Part shown: positions 12,280 to 22,545 of the stretch, piece after piece
Numbering within the stretch: the first letter of the stretch is position 1
How the letters are laid out: each line of letters starts with the position of its first letter
Origin: Elsinoe ampelina
Taxonomy: Eukaryota
Direction: 5' to 3'
DNA: 64,000 nucleotides
Assembly (NCBI GenBank): GCA_010093995.1
Contig: ML992502.1
Coordinates: 1,894,312-1,958,311, forward strand
Notes under the pieces: model-generated
Databases searched by the model: none
What the model was told of the DNA's origin: nothing
Seen by the model: the letters and a program-made list of their open reading frames with translations, nothing else
Program-made: the position numbers and the translations under genes

Positions 12280-13647
12280 ATGGCGTTTTTCACGCGATTT
12301 ACACAATCAGTCTGGCAGTATGTCTCGCCGGCGAAACCAGCACCACACACACGTCGCAAACACACAATTGAGCCCTCCCCTCCGTCTTCCCTCTCCCTTT
12401 TGCAGCAAAGACAGTCCATGTCACCAACTTCTAGAGTGGCAGCCTGGCACGTAACGTCACCCACAACATCTCTCACATCGAAAATTTCACCTACAGAACC
12501 TAGCACTGGAACGTACTTGAAACGCAAACGCACTCCGACACTAGCAGAAGTACAACCTCTAAAGCGAGCCAGAGGACGACCGCCGAAGGTATCGGGCAAG
12601 ACTGCGCCCGTCATCAAGCGTCCACGAGGTCGACCAAGAAAATCAACAGGGCCAAAGAAGCCCACGGCAAAGTCTCCAATGGCCGACTTCGATGTAGACA
12701 TGACTGCGGTCGATGATGAGTCGAGCATGAGATCGGAGATTGTAGTCGGCCGATCTCGTTCACAAAGCCCAGATGGAAAGAATCTAGACGAAACACCTCC
12801 CTCGTGGGATGAACAAGATGCCCTGGACGACACCTGCATGGAGATCGAAAACGCCACACTTGACGCTCCCTCGTCCGTCGGTCGCGGTTCTTCCCCAGCA
12901 ATCACACTGAACGCCATCAACCCTGGATCCCAAGTTACAGTCCAAGACCTCTCCGCATTTCCCATCATGGCACAACCTCTCATCCTCAGCCTCCTCGCTC
13001 GCGGTCAAGAACCAGTTCTAGCCGGCACATGGGAGAACGACTTTCCCTTTCTCCCCGAGACACTCTTCCTCAGATCAACAATCCAACCACCACACATCGG
13101 CAGCGTCTCCGGCTCCAACTTCCGTGCACAAAAATACTTTGAAACCCTCCTCAAACTAGGCGCCCAAGCAAGAGATAAGGCTCTCCTCGGGAAATCACCC
13201 GACAGGACCATCGTCAAGACAGTGCAAAAGTACCTCGCATGGACGTTCAGGGATGCTAACTTGATCGCCGAGGATCAGCTCAAGTGTCCAGCCATCCTGG
13301 TCACTGCTTTTACCAACCAACAAGCCGACCCGGCCATGGCGCAACGGATCCTAGTGGAAAAGTTGTACCACCAGGAGTGCATCTGGCGGCACTGGCTGGG
13401 CAACGACATGCTGTTGCCGTGTCTGTACGGCGTCTTGGTGACCAATAACATGGTGGTCATCACCGTTTACGAGCCCAACGGGTCATTCACGGAAGACAAA
13501 GGTCAGAGCCTGGAGAAGATCGAGGCGGGGCTGCAGTCGCTTGGTGTGTTTGACTTTGGGTCGGAAGGGTTTGATGTGTGGAACGCTCTGGCTATTGCGC
13601 TGCTGGCGGTGCATGTGAGGGATATCATGAGGGGCTACGCTGCTTAG
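12280..13647 (+). CDS. Uncharacterised AT-hook protein with a globular C-terminal domain
   Basis: Single long ORF (ATG 12280); two AT-hooks KRARGRPPK and KRPRGRPRK; acidic linker; C-terminal RGQEPVL..W..DF..LP..LF and FDF....DVWNALAIA. Confidence 0.8.
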   Translation: MAFFTRFTQSVWQYVSPAKPAPHTRRKHTIEPSPPSSLSLLQQRQSMSPTSRVAAWHVTSPTTSLTSKISPTEPSTGTYLKRKRTPTLAEVQPLKRARGRPPKVSGKTAPVIKRPRGRPRKSTGPKKPTAKSPMADFDVDMTAVDDESSMRSEIVVGRSRSQSPDGKNLDETPPSWDEQDALDDTCMEIENATLDAPSSVGRGSSPAITLNAINPGSQVTVQDLSAFPIMAQPLILSLLARGQEPVLAGTWENDFPFLPETLFLRSTIQPPHIGSVSGSNFRAQKYFETLLKLGAQARDKALLGKSPDRTIVKTVQKYLAWTFRDANLIAEDQLKCPAILVTAFTNQQADPAMAQRILVEKLYHQECIWRHWLGNDMLLPCLYGVLVTNNMVVITVYEPNGSFTEDKGQSLEKIEAGLQSLGVFDFGSEGFDVWNALAIALLAVHVRDIMRGYAA

Positions 13648-13905
13648 GATGCGCGGAGCGAGTGCAGGATGATCAGAAAGGGATATGTAGATGGGGGGGA
13701 TTGCAGTGAACGACTCTCTTTTGTGATGGCATTGAGTATTTGGCAGAATGATACCCCTGGGCACGTACTCTGTACCTTTCAATGGCATAGATACATTGGC
13801 GTTTTTTTATAGCTTGGTCGATAGTGTATTCTACACATCCATCTACACTTCTATCCCCATCCAGATTGCACATCCGCCGCGCAACCCCCTCTCCCAATGC
13901 ACCCC

Positions 13906-15774
13906 CTATCCCGTCCCCCAAATCTCCCCCCAAACCCCAGGACTCAATTCCAACGGCCCCCTCAACCTCCCCTCCCTCGGCGGCCTCTGCTCCTCCCCTT
14001 CCCCCGCCACCTCAGGCAAACACATCCACTCCCTCACACAACCCGGCACATCCCCCTTATCATGCGCAATCACCACCAAAGCCTGCTCCTCGCCCAACCC
14101 ACTCACCCCGGTATCCGTCCCCCACGCCAGGAACCGAAACGCCTTCTCCCGCACCGCCGCGTCCATGCCGCTGAAGACTTCATCCAACACGACGATTTCC
14201 TGCCCCGCGACGAGGGCGCGGAGGAAGAGGAGGAGGCGCTGCGCGGAGAAGGGGAGGGTGCCGAAGGGGGTGGTGGTGGTCCATTGCAGGCGGGTGTCGA
14301 GGGGAGGTGGGGACTGGGAAGGAGACGAGGAGGGGAAGGGGGAGGGGTTGAGTTCCTCCGCGAACCAATCCAGCACTGCGTCGACTTTTCGCCGTTCCGC
14401 GTCGCCGAGCTGTGGACGGGCGAGGGGGGCGTCGGCCCATGCGCTCTCCAGCGCTCGACGGACGGAGAGGGAGCGCGGGAAGAAGGAATGCACTTCTGGG
14501 CTCGCGTGGCCTATGCGACGCTGCAGCTCGAAGAGAGTGATGCCCTTCTCGCCGGGGGAGGGGAGGCGGGAGCGCCCGAAGATGCGGAGGTCTTGGGCGT
14601 AGGATTGCGGGTGGTCGGAGTTGATGAGGGAGAGGAGCGTGGTTTTGCCGCTGCCGTTGGGGCCGAGGATGGCGAGGCGTTGTGAGCGGTGGAGTGTGAA
14701 GTTGAGGCCGCCTGGCCAGTGGCCGAGGATGGGGCGCGGGCCGTAGGAGATGCGGACGGAGCGCATCTCGACGACTGGGGGCCCGTGGGGGAGGGGTGGG
14801 GAGAGAGGGGGGAAGCCGTCGGAGGAGAGGGGTTGGGTGGGAAGGGTGGATGGGGAGGTGGTCCAGCCTTCTTGGGAGACGAGTTTGAGGACGTCGGATT
14901 TCTTGCCTATGCTGCGGATTTGGGGGGTGTTGCCGATGGCGACGAGATGTGTTACCCATTCTGGTATTTCGTCTTCAGCTCGTAGACTGAGCACAATCTG
15001 TGGTCTGCATTCCTTTGCAAGACCTTGTAGTAGGCTGCTCAACAGCTTCACGCTGGGCGGATCCAGTCCCATGAATGGTCCGTCAAGCAGCATTAGAACG
15101 GGACATCGCATCAATGCCTTTGCAATTCGGGCTCTTCTTGTTTGACCATTGGACAGGTTGCCAACTGGCATTTTCAGCAGAGATTCTAATCGCAGATCTG
15201 AGATGCATTGTTCCAGTAGCGATTTGTCCAATTTCGGTCTCAGCTCGTCTGAGACAGGGTTGAGAGAAGTGTTGCCACTAAGATAGTCTAGCACGGTCCA
15301 GTCTGTGTCTTCGACCCGTGATTCGTATCGAGCCGAGAGGTAGGCACCTCTGGTGGCACCACTGGAGCTTGATCGTTCAGCATCGAAGCCAATGTATTGA
15401 ATCGCTTGCGAGGGATGAAGAGAACGTTCTGAAAGGGCGGGATATGATCGAGCTGCTGGCGGCAGAGAGAGGTAGGACCCTGATAGAATCTGGAGAAACG
15501 TTGTCCTAGAGAGAGACGAGGGAGAGAGTATCGACCAATTCTCGTGGGTGTTGGGACTCGTCTGGTCATTGGATGGGAGAGTGAAGGTCAGAGAGGGGAA
15601 CAATGGCGGGCTTGATGAGGCCTCCGCCGATGTGGGTGGGTAATGGCGATGAAACGTTCCATCGTTAATGGATATGAGTGGCGTTGTAGAGTACTGCCTT
15701 CTGTGCAGACAAGCAAGTCGCTTTGATCTTGCGCAAATCGCTCGCAGTATTGGAGCCTTTGGAACCATCGTCAT
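13906..15774 (-). CDS. Soluble twin-ABC ATPase, ModF/YDR061W-like, probably mitochondrial
   Basis: LSNGQTRR signature, LLDGPFMGLD, second Walker A GPNGSGKTT, VLDEVFSGMD; no TM domain; Arg-rich presequence-like N-terminus from ATG 15774 (ORF-track start 15828 is GTG). Confidence 0.85.
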   Translation of the reverse strand: MTMVPKAPILRAICARSKRLACLHRRQYSTTPLISINDGTFHRHYPPTSAEASSSPPLFPSLTFTLPSNDQTSPNTHENWSILSPSSLSRTTFLQILSGSYLSLPPAARSYPALSERSLHPSQAIQYIGFDAERSSSSGATRGAYLSARYESRVEDTDWTVLDYLSGNTSLNPVSDELRPKLDKSLLEQCISDLRLESLLKMPVGNLSNGQTRRARIAKALMRCPVLMLLDGPFMGLDPPSVKLLSSLLQGLAKECRPQIVLSLRAEDEIPEWVTHLVAIGNTPQIRSIGKKSDVLKLVSQEGWTTSPSTLPTQPLSSDGFPPLSPPLPHGPPVVEMRSVRISYGPRPILGHWPGGLNFTLHRSQRLAILGPNGSGKTTLLSLINSDHPQSYAQDLRIFGRSRLPSPGEKGITLFELQRRIGHASPEVHSFFPRSLSVRRALESAWADAPLARPQLGDAERRKVDAVLDWFAEELNPSPFPSSSPSQSPPPLDTRLQWTTTTPFGTLPFSAQRLLLFLRALVAGQEIVVLDEVFSGMDAAVREKAFRFLAWGTDTGVSGLGEEQALVVIAHDKGDVPGCVREWMCLPEVAGEGEEQRPPREGRLRGPLELSPGVWGEIWGTG

Positions 15775-16718
15775 GGCGCGCAAAGACCAGTGCGCAACTA
15801 TACAGAATACACAGAGAGATATTGCCACAGACTATCACAATGCATCATGAAGAAGCCCCATTGGATATTGCTGTCAAACAGCAGGCCTCTGGATGTTAGA
15901 AGTGACATTGATGTCGGAGATTGCACGTTATCTGTATTCCCGAAGTCGATGGTTTCATGGGATCTTGGTTTCGAATCCAAACTTCAATTTCTTCCCTTTC
16001 GTCCTAAGTTGCCTTCATCGCCAGAATCGTCGCTTCCATCAAGATTTCATGGTAGATGCGCCTTCGATGTGCTGGACCTGGCACGAACTGCGTCGTGTGA
16101 TCACATGAGGCATCCGCTATGGGACTGTCCGGCAGCCTGCTCCAATTGAACCACCGATAGTGCCCTGGAAATCAGGTATGGTACCAGACTCCGGCTCACG
16201 CGAAGCTCGTCTCAAAGCTCTGTACAGTGGTACCTCGGTCTTGGTGCCCATGAGATGCTGAACGTATAGCCTAGCTTGGGTGTATGGCAAGCCACCTCGA
16301 TGAGTAGCACGTTATCTTGCGTGTGGCCGCTAGAGATGTCATGATAGACCAGGACGACTTTGGGGTGACAAGCCAGGCTGGTATGAGGTGTTTGTATGAT
16401 CTAGCCGGTCATGACTACCCCAGCGATCGGTGGTCAAGGAAAGGAGATAGGTGTCTGCTGGCGCCTTGATCATTGATGTCAGGATCATGTAGAAGAAGCA
16501 TATCCATCGGTCTGGTAGTAACATGCTAGATTGAGGTCGGTCCCGGCATGATTCCGGCAGTCTGGTTCGAGGCTAGCGTTATGCCTCCGTTTGGCGGCAG
16601 CAGGCGCTCGCTTCCGTATTGGGAGAGCTGATATCAGAACAGAAACTTCACATCACCTCTTTATCCACCGTTTCACCTACCACCAAGCTACTTTGATGGT
16701 AATTATTAGCCACCCGTC

Positions 16719-19700
16719 ATGTTCACAGCAGCTCTGGTAGGTACTGCCGGCCATCTGGTCTGCCCTCAGCCAGCTGTGGACCTTTTGAGAGACTGTCCAC
16801 TGGTTGGAAGGTCTTCCACGAGCTTCTTGCTGTTACAAGCTGGCGACCTTCGCGATGTCCTCTACACGATACACAATCAGAGCGGTGACTCTGTCTACGA
16901 GGATCATAACTACCAGTTCGTGGTATCCGAGCAAGATCCGATCCGACTCGGTCAGTATTCCTACCTCCATGGCATCTCACATCTCTGACTGCAATATAGC
17001 TCGTGCGATCTTCATAGTCACTCTGATTATCGACAACGACCTGGCGTGCAGCGCTGCTCGACTCTGGGGTATACAACACCACTTGTTCCTCGATGCCGAA
17101 GATATTGATCTCGTCAAACGTCACGCCCATCGCCTTGTGGAAGCCACAGTCTCGGATTCGTCCTGGTCTGCATCTGCTTATGCCAAGGTCGTCGAATTCA
17201 TCAACGAAGTGTCGCTCGAAACCGTCAGGAAGATCTGGGAGTCTTACTACCAGGAAATTGATATCAGCGCCGAGAAGAATTTCCTCAAAATCATCAGAAA
17301 AACCCACGCTGCTCTCAAGAAGGATGACAGCCCATTCAAGGGCTCCCGGAATGCAGGCGTTCACTGTTTCCTGGCGGAGACTGCGTTCAATCAATGCAAG
17401 CTCCATTTCTGGAAGACTGGTACCTCTGTCAATCACACGGTCAAGCCCAACGCTGAGCAAGGTGGATTCTCAAATCCGCTCTTCCTCTGTCAGACCACGC
17501 TTCCCGATCTGCCACCGCTTCCCGCCACGCTTGACTATCTATCATCCTTCCACTTTGCGGATGCTGTGGACGATGCACTTTCCGTTCTTGAGCAAGTCCG
17601 GGTCATGACTGCATCTGCACAAGCAGAGTATGCGGCATGGTGTACAAGTCTGGCCTCGAAGTGCCATGCTGGTCGAATCACCATCCTTGCAAGCGCTGGC
17701 GAGCCGATTGCTCTTGCGTACGCACTCCAGTTGCAGCTCGACAAGCCGCCAGCCGCACTCAAGGCACTCGTCAACTACCAATTTCCGAATAAACCATCAA
17801 TCAGTGTCAACAATGAAGTCACAAAAGTGGTCGGAAAGGGTTTTGATGTCATCAGTGCTGGATTTCTGATGGATGATGTGGGCATTCTTGCTTTACTCCC
17901 TGCACTCTCGCCCTTGGTGGGACACTCTCCCTCTTCTATACTTTATACCGAGAGTCATCTTCTCGATAGCACAAACTTCACCGACTATCTCGATGTTGTG
18001 CTGAGAGCGGAACTTCCGGCAGTCGCCATGCTTTCTGGACTGTGTCCGGCATCTGCTTTGACTGGTTTCACGACTGAACACTCAATGTGGGACGGCATGG
18101 TCAGGGACAAGTCAGTCTCCACCAGTCGTATTCGCCTCGCCTGGCGACACTTGCGCGAGTACTCAGCTTGCGGATCGGAACTACCACAACGACAATTGCA
18201 AGTGCAACCTGAGGATCTCGCGGAGTTTGTGGCGAAATGGTACCATGCAATCTTCTTCCTCGACCAAGAGGAGAAGGCTGCAGCGAGGAAGGAATACACC
18301 AAGCCGTACTACAAGAGTCATCTCCTCTCCAACAGATTAGCTCATCGCTCTGTGCACTACTCCCATAGTATCGTCATCGGTCTTCTCTGCATGATCCGGT
18401 CTCAGGTTGTCACTGATTGGAACGAATTCTATCGTACGTTTCTGGTAGTTTTGGGCGAAGACAACTTCCGTCAGACGATGCAGGCTCATATGCTGGAACT
18501 GGAAACTCTGGTGAACCTGATCGGCGTTGACACCATCTTCGACCCCGACAGACAAGGTCCCGAACCTTCCCTGTCGTCGTCCTCGGGAGACAGGACTCTG
18601 GCAAAGGAGGTCCGCAGCCTCGACTTATCCGGCGCTGCATCGAAAGAAGAGATCGCCAACGACATCAACAATCACGTCTCGCCTCCGACCTTCTTGGTTG
18701 TACGTTCGACCGATCTGACGGCCTTCCTCAACCAACCCCAAGCGAGGCAGTCTTTGTTCTTCTTCGTGACTGCCGACAGAACCACTCATACTTTCACTGC
18801 CGTCCGCCGATCGAAGGACAAGATTTTCATTGCAGTACCCTCTCAGCTCCTGCGATCTGGCAAGGTGAAGGTTGCTCTGCTTACTACCACGGCCACCTTC
18901 CGAGAATTGACCGACGACTCTGTCAAACCCTCTCTGAAATCGATGTATACCGGTGAGTTGGTGGACGGTGTGTCGAAGGATTCCTCACTCGCACTGATGG
19001 ATCATCACCCGTCAGGAACGTGGGGCACAGATGGTCCACAGACGCCGGAGATGTTCAAAAGCACAGAGGGTCCTGGCACTGAGCAGCCTGCGATCGCAAT
19101 GGACGGATCAACAGTCTCAGTCCGCTTCGACGGCCGTGGTATACAAGATGTCTGTGTGACCATCCGGGCTGGTAGTATCGTGGCAGATCCTGCCACCCTC
19201 GGTCAAGGACCAGCCCCAGTATACGAAAGGCTCTCGCCGTACCTTCTCCGGATCAGCTACAGCGGTCTTTCGACGATTGCGCATTTCCCATACCCTCTCG
19301 GCAAGCTGGACTGCTCTGCTACCAAGGATGAGTCTGGCTCTCTGATGGTCCGCGTCAAAGGATGTCCAGTCTTAGTCTACGACTCCAAGACTTTTACGAA
19401 GAGGCCATTCCCGGTCATTTGTTCTGGATCGGACGTTCTTGGCCTCTCTCTCGGTTCCGTCAATGTCGCTTTGGCACCCAGAGTCAATGTCTTATCGGTA
19501 AGAGACAAGGCGTTGATGTACCTCAGCAGCATGGCATCGGTGACCGGCAGTGCTGTAGGTGCCTCTCCAGTGCCTATGCCCGATTTCATGTTTCACGGTG
19601 GTCTATTCCTTGAAGCACTCATCTGTCGCACCCACTTCAACAGCAATGCTACGGGACAGGATAGCTGGCTATGCTTCCAATTAGCTCATGTCGATACGAA

Positions 19701-20532
19701 AGATCCTGTCTGCGGCAAGTGGAGTCTGCTGGGGCAGAGAGGTGTGAGAGCCCGGTGTGACGGTCTGATAGTTGTAACTGCAGTCAAACACGACCTGCAC
19801 GGCGGCATGGTATTTGCTGACGGCTACCTCATCACCCTGGCACCCAACGATAATATGACCAGCAGATTCGGTAAGGTGCAGCAGAATTGCAGTGAAGAGT
19901 CCCTTTCTGCGTTCACAATGAGCGACACCCAGCTCGACTTCTGCAAGCATCTGATGCCAGCAGCAGTCGAGCGCTGTCGTCGCAGTTGGAAGCATCAATC
20001 AAGCTGTGAATACGCAAAGCCAAATGCCACAATACCTCTTTCAACCAGGAACGGAGTGTCGCCAGTGTGCTCCTGCGGTATGGGCAAGGACATCGATGAG
20101 CTTCCCACTGTCATCGCCGAGCACCTTGGCCAATACGCAACACGTGTCGCTCTCCCTCTGTTCTACCAGCCTCCATACAAATCCGGTCTCGCCCGCGGAG
20201 TCATGGAGACCTCGATGACCGATCATGGCAAGAAGGCCTATGAAGGTACCGGCGAAAGAGCGAGCGGAAACGATCCAAACAAAAAGTCATGTTCGTATTG
20301 TGGAACTACGAGGAAGGGATCAGCCATGAAAGCCTGCTTCGACTGTGATAGCGTCATCTACTGCAACAATGCTTGCAAGGCAAAGGATATCAAGCATCAT
20401 AAGAAGAAGTGTGGGGAAGAACGTCCGTGGGTGAAGTATCTGCCGAGTGAGGAGCAGAAGGCGAAATTGCCAATCGAGAGGAATGAGGAGATCAGGAAGC
20501 TGCAGCCTTTGCGTCGTTATGGGTGGATTTGA
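16719..20532 (+). CDS. DUF4470 + zf-MYND large protein (paralogue 1)
   Basis: Exon 1 (LLLQAGDLRDVLYT) spliced via intron 16951-16999 to A|RAIFIVTLII; VERCRRSWKHQSSCEY..CSCG cluster; C-terminal MYND finger CSYC..CFDC..YCNNAC..HHKKKC. Confidence 0.85.
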
Positions 20533-20946
20533 TCTGTGGTAGTGTTCTGGTGTCACTCCCGCCAGGACTCGGCTAGTGACGGAATGGCAACGACGGAGGT
20601 TTGTGGGAACTGCCTTATGCTGGGTGGGCACTTGCTTCGATGTCGAACATGAGAGAAGTCAGTTAAGTATGATAGCAGAGCATGATACCCCTTTTGCAGA
20701 TAGTACGAATAGAGGGACGATAAAGTAAGTGTCGTTCCCATCATCTCCATCCGTCAATGCGACCTCCGAGAACGAGGAAAAGCACAATCTTCTTCAACCT
20801 CCGTGAACTCAGATACCCACCTTATCAAAAGCCAACAACATCCTCCAGTAGTGAGTCACTCGTCCAACCCTTTATATAACCCTCGCTGTATCTCCTATCA
20901 ACTCCTCCATCTATCCGCTCGACACCAACTACCAACACCACCCACC

Positions 20947-22407
20947 ATGGGCCCCCCCTCCTCAACCACAACGGAAAGAGACCACCTCTCCCCCCTGCCC
21001 CCCGAACTCAAATCCATCATCTGGACGCACCTCCCCCTCGAATCTCACCTCTCCCTAGTCCTCGCCTCCCCTTTCTTCGCTCTACAATTCGCCCCGCCAG
21101 GCTCCTCCTTCTTCCTCCCCACCATCAAACAAATCCTGGCCCCTCTCGCTCTCCGCCACGCCCTCCTCTACGTCGAACTCGGCACCACCCTCACTACGAC
21201 TCCCGAGGAACTCGACCTCCGTGGGAAGGGGATGAGGGATTTCCTGACGAATCTGCCAGGGAGGAAGGACGTGCAGCGTTTGGACGAGAGGACGGCGAGG
21301 GAGGTGGCGCGGGTGTATGTGCGGGATGTGTTACCTTTCGAAGAGGTTTTTGTGGGTAAGGCGAGGGGGCATATAGCTAAAAGGGTGCCGGGGAAAGATC
21401 ATGGGGTGTTGTATGGGAGTCTGACTGAGAGTGAGAAGGGAAGGGTGAGGAGGGCGTGGTTTAAGTATAATGCGTGCTGTATGGTTGCGAGGCGGGCGGC
21501 GGGGCAGAGTCTGGGGAAAGAGAGCGAGAGGGCAAAGAGGAAGAGGGGGTTTGAGGTTGAGTGTGCGGCAGCGGCGTATTTGGGGGAGGGAACGAGGAGG
21601 GAGATGAATGAGGTGCTGTGCGTGGTGGGGTTTGCGCAGAGGGTGTGGAGAAAGGTGGTGAGGAGGATGGTGGAGGGGAGGAGGGGGGAGGTGGAGAGGG
21701 TGTTGGGGAGAGAGAGTGGGGTTTTCAAGGATGGGAAGGAGGGGAGGAGGGCGGTGGAGGAGTTGACGGCGAGATTGGTAGTTAGGGGGCCAGGACTGTT
21801 AGGGAAAGTATTTGAGAGGGAAGGAGAGGACGGGGAAGAGCTGGATCTACTGCCGATGTTGAGGGAAGATGTTGGTGAGTTGGATGCCAAAGATCTCGGC
21901 AGAAGGTTGAGACGAGTCGTAAAGTCACGCAATGTCGACTTTGAGCCGGAGGACGACCTCGATCACTACAATGCGTCCCTTCGGTTCAATCTGCGAGTTC
22001 CGTACAACTACGGAGACCTCAAAAACCTACAATGCAAGAAGATTGTCAGGAAGCGTTACCTCAAGTACGCAATGTCCATCTGGAATCGGGAGAGATTGTC
22101 AGGTATGATGGGTATCAGGGCATATAGCGAGTCAAGGGGGACAGACGATGAGGCAGAGAACCTGTTCTGGAGCAGACGCCCACTAACCAAGAGACCGCAG
22201 CTCTTGTCATGGTACAGGTGGACGGGAATCTTATCGCCGGACGATCCAGATGAGTATCCCGAGGTGTTGTGGCTGCACAAGTCCAGGCAGCGCCGGAGAG
22301 GACGTCGAGGCCGTCACACCGAGGAAGACGAGAGCGAAGAATCGCTAGGAGTACTGGGGTTGCTTGCTAGTGATACAGATGACGATCCGGGATGGTGGGA
22401 CCAATAG
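20947..22407 (+). CDS. F-box-like protein
   Basis: N-terminal LSPLPPELKSIIWTHLPLESHLSLVLASP; later LTESEKGRVRRAWFKY segment typical of fungal F-box accessory proteins; TATA-like TTTATATAA about 70 nt upstream. Confidence 0.75.
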   Translation: MGPPSSTTTERDHLSPLPPELKSIIWTHLPLESHLSLVLASPFFALQFAPPGSSFFLPTIKQILAPLALRHALLYVELGTTLTTTPEELDLRGKGMRDFLTNLPGRKDVQRLDERTAREVARVYVRDVLPFEEVFVGKARGHIAKRVPGKDHGVLYGSLTESEKGRVRRAWFKYNACCMVARRAAGQSLGKESERAKRKRGFEVECAAAAYLGEGTRREMNEVLCVVGFAQRVWRKVVRRMVEGRRGEVERVLGRESGVFKDGKEGRRAVEELTARLVVRGPGLLGKVFEREGEDGEELDLLPMLREDVGELDAKDLGRRLRRVVKSRNVDFEPEDDLDHYNASLRFNLRVPYNYGDLKNLQCKKIVRKRYLKYAMSIWNRERLSGMMGIRAYSESRGTDDEAENLFWSRRPLTKRPQLLSWYRWTGILSPDDPDEYPEVLWLHKSRQRRRGRRGRHTEEDESEESLGVLGLLASDTDDDPGWWDQ

Positions 22408-22545
22408 GGGGGAAATATTGTTGCTACATAAGTATGCTTGGTCGTTGGATCTAGTCCGACGAAGCGCTCTTCACGATTGGTCACCTCATTCACCCATCCC
22501 TATTCCTACTCTCACCGTGCTCGCCGCCACCACTCCTACTGCCCA

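Noticed and set aside
13748..15145. Stack of long overlapping ORFs in several frames
   Set aside because: Stop-poor because of extreme C/G skew; only the ABC ATPase frame has motifs.
15790..16700. Short ORFs between the ABC ATPase and MYND paralogue 1
   Set aside because: No recognisable motifs or splice-consistent model; treated as divergent promoter DNA.
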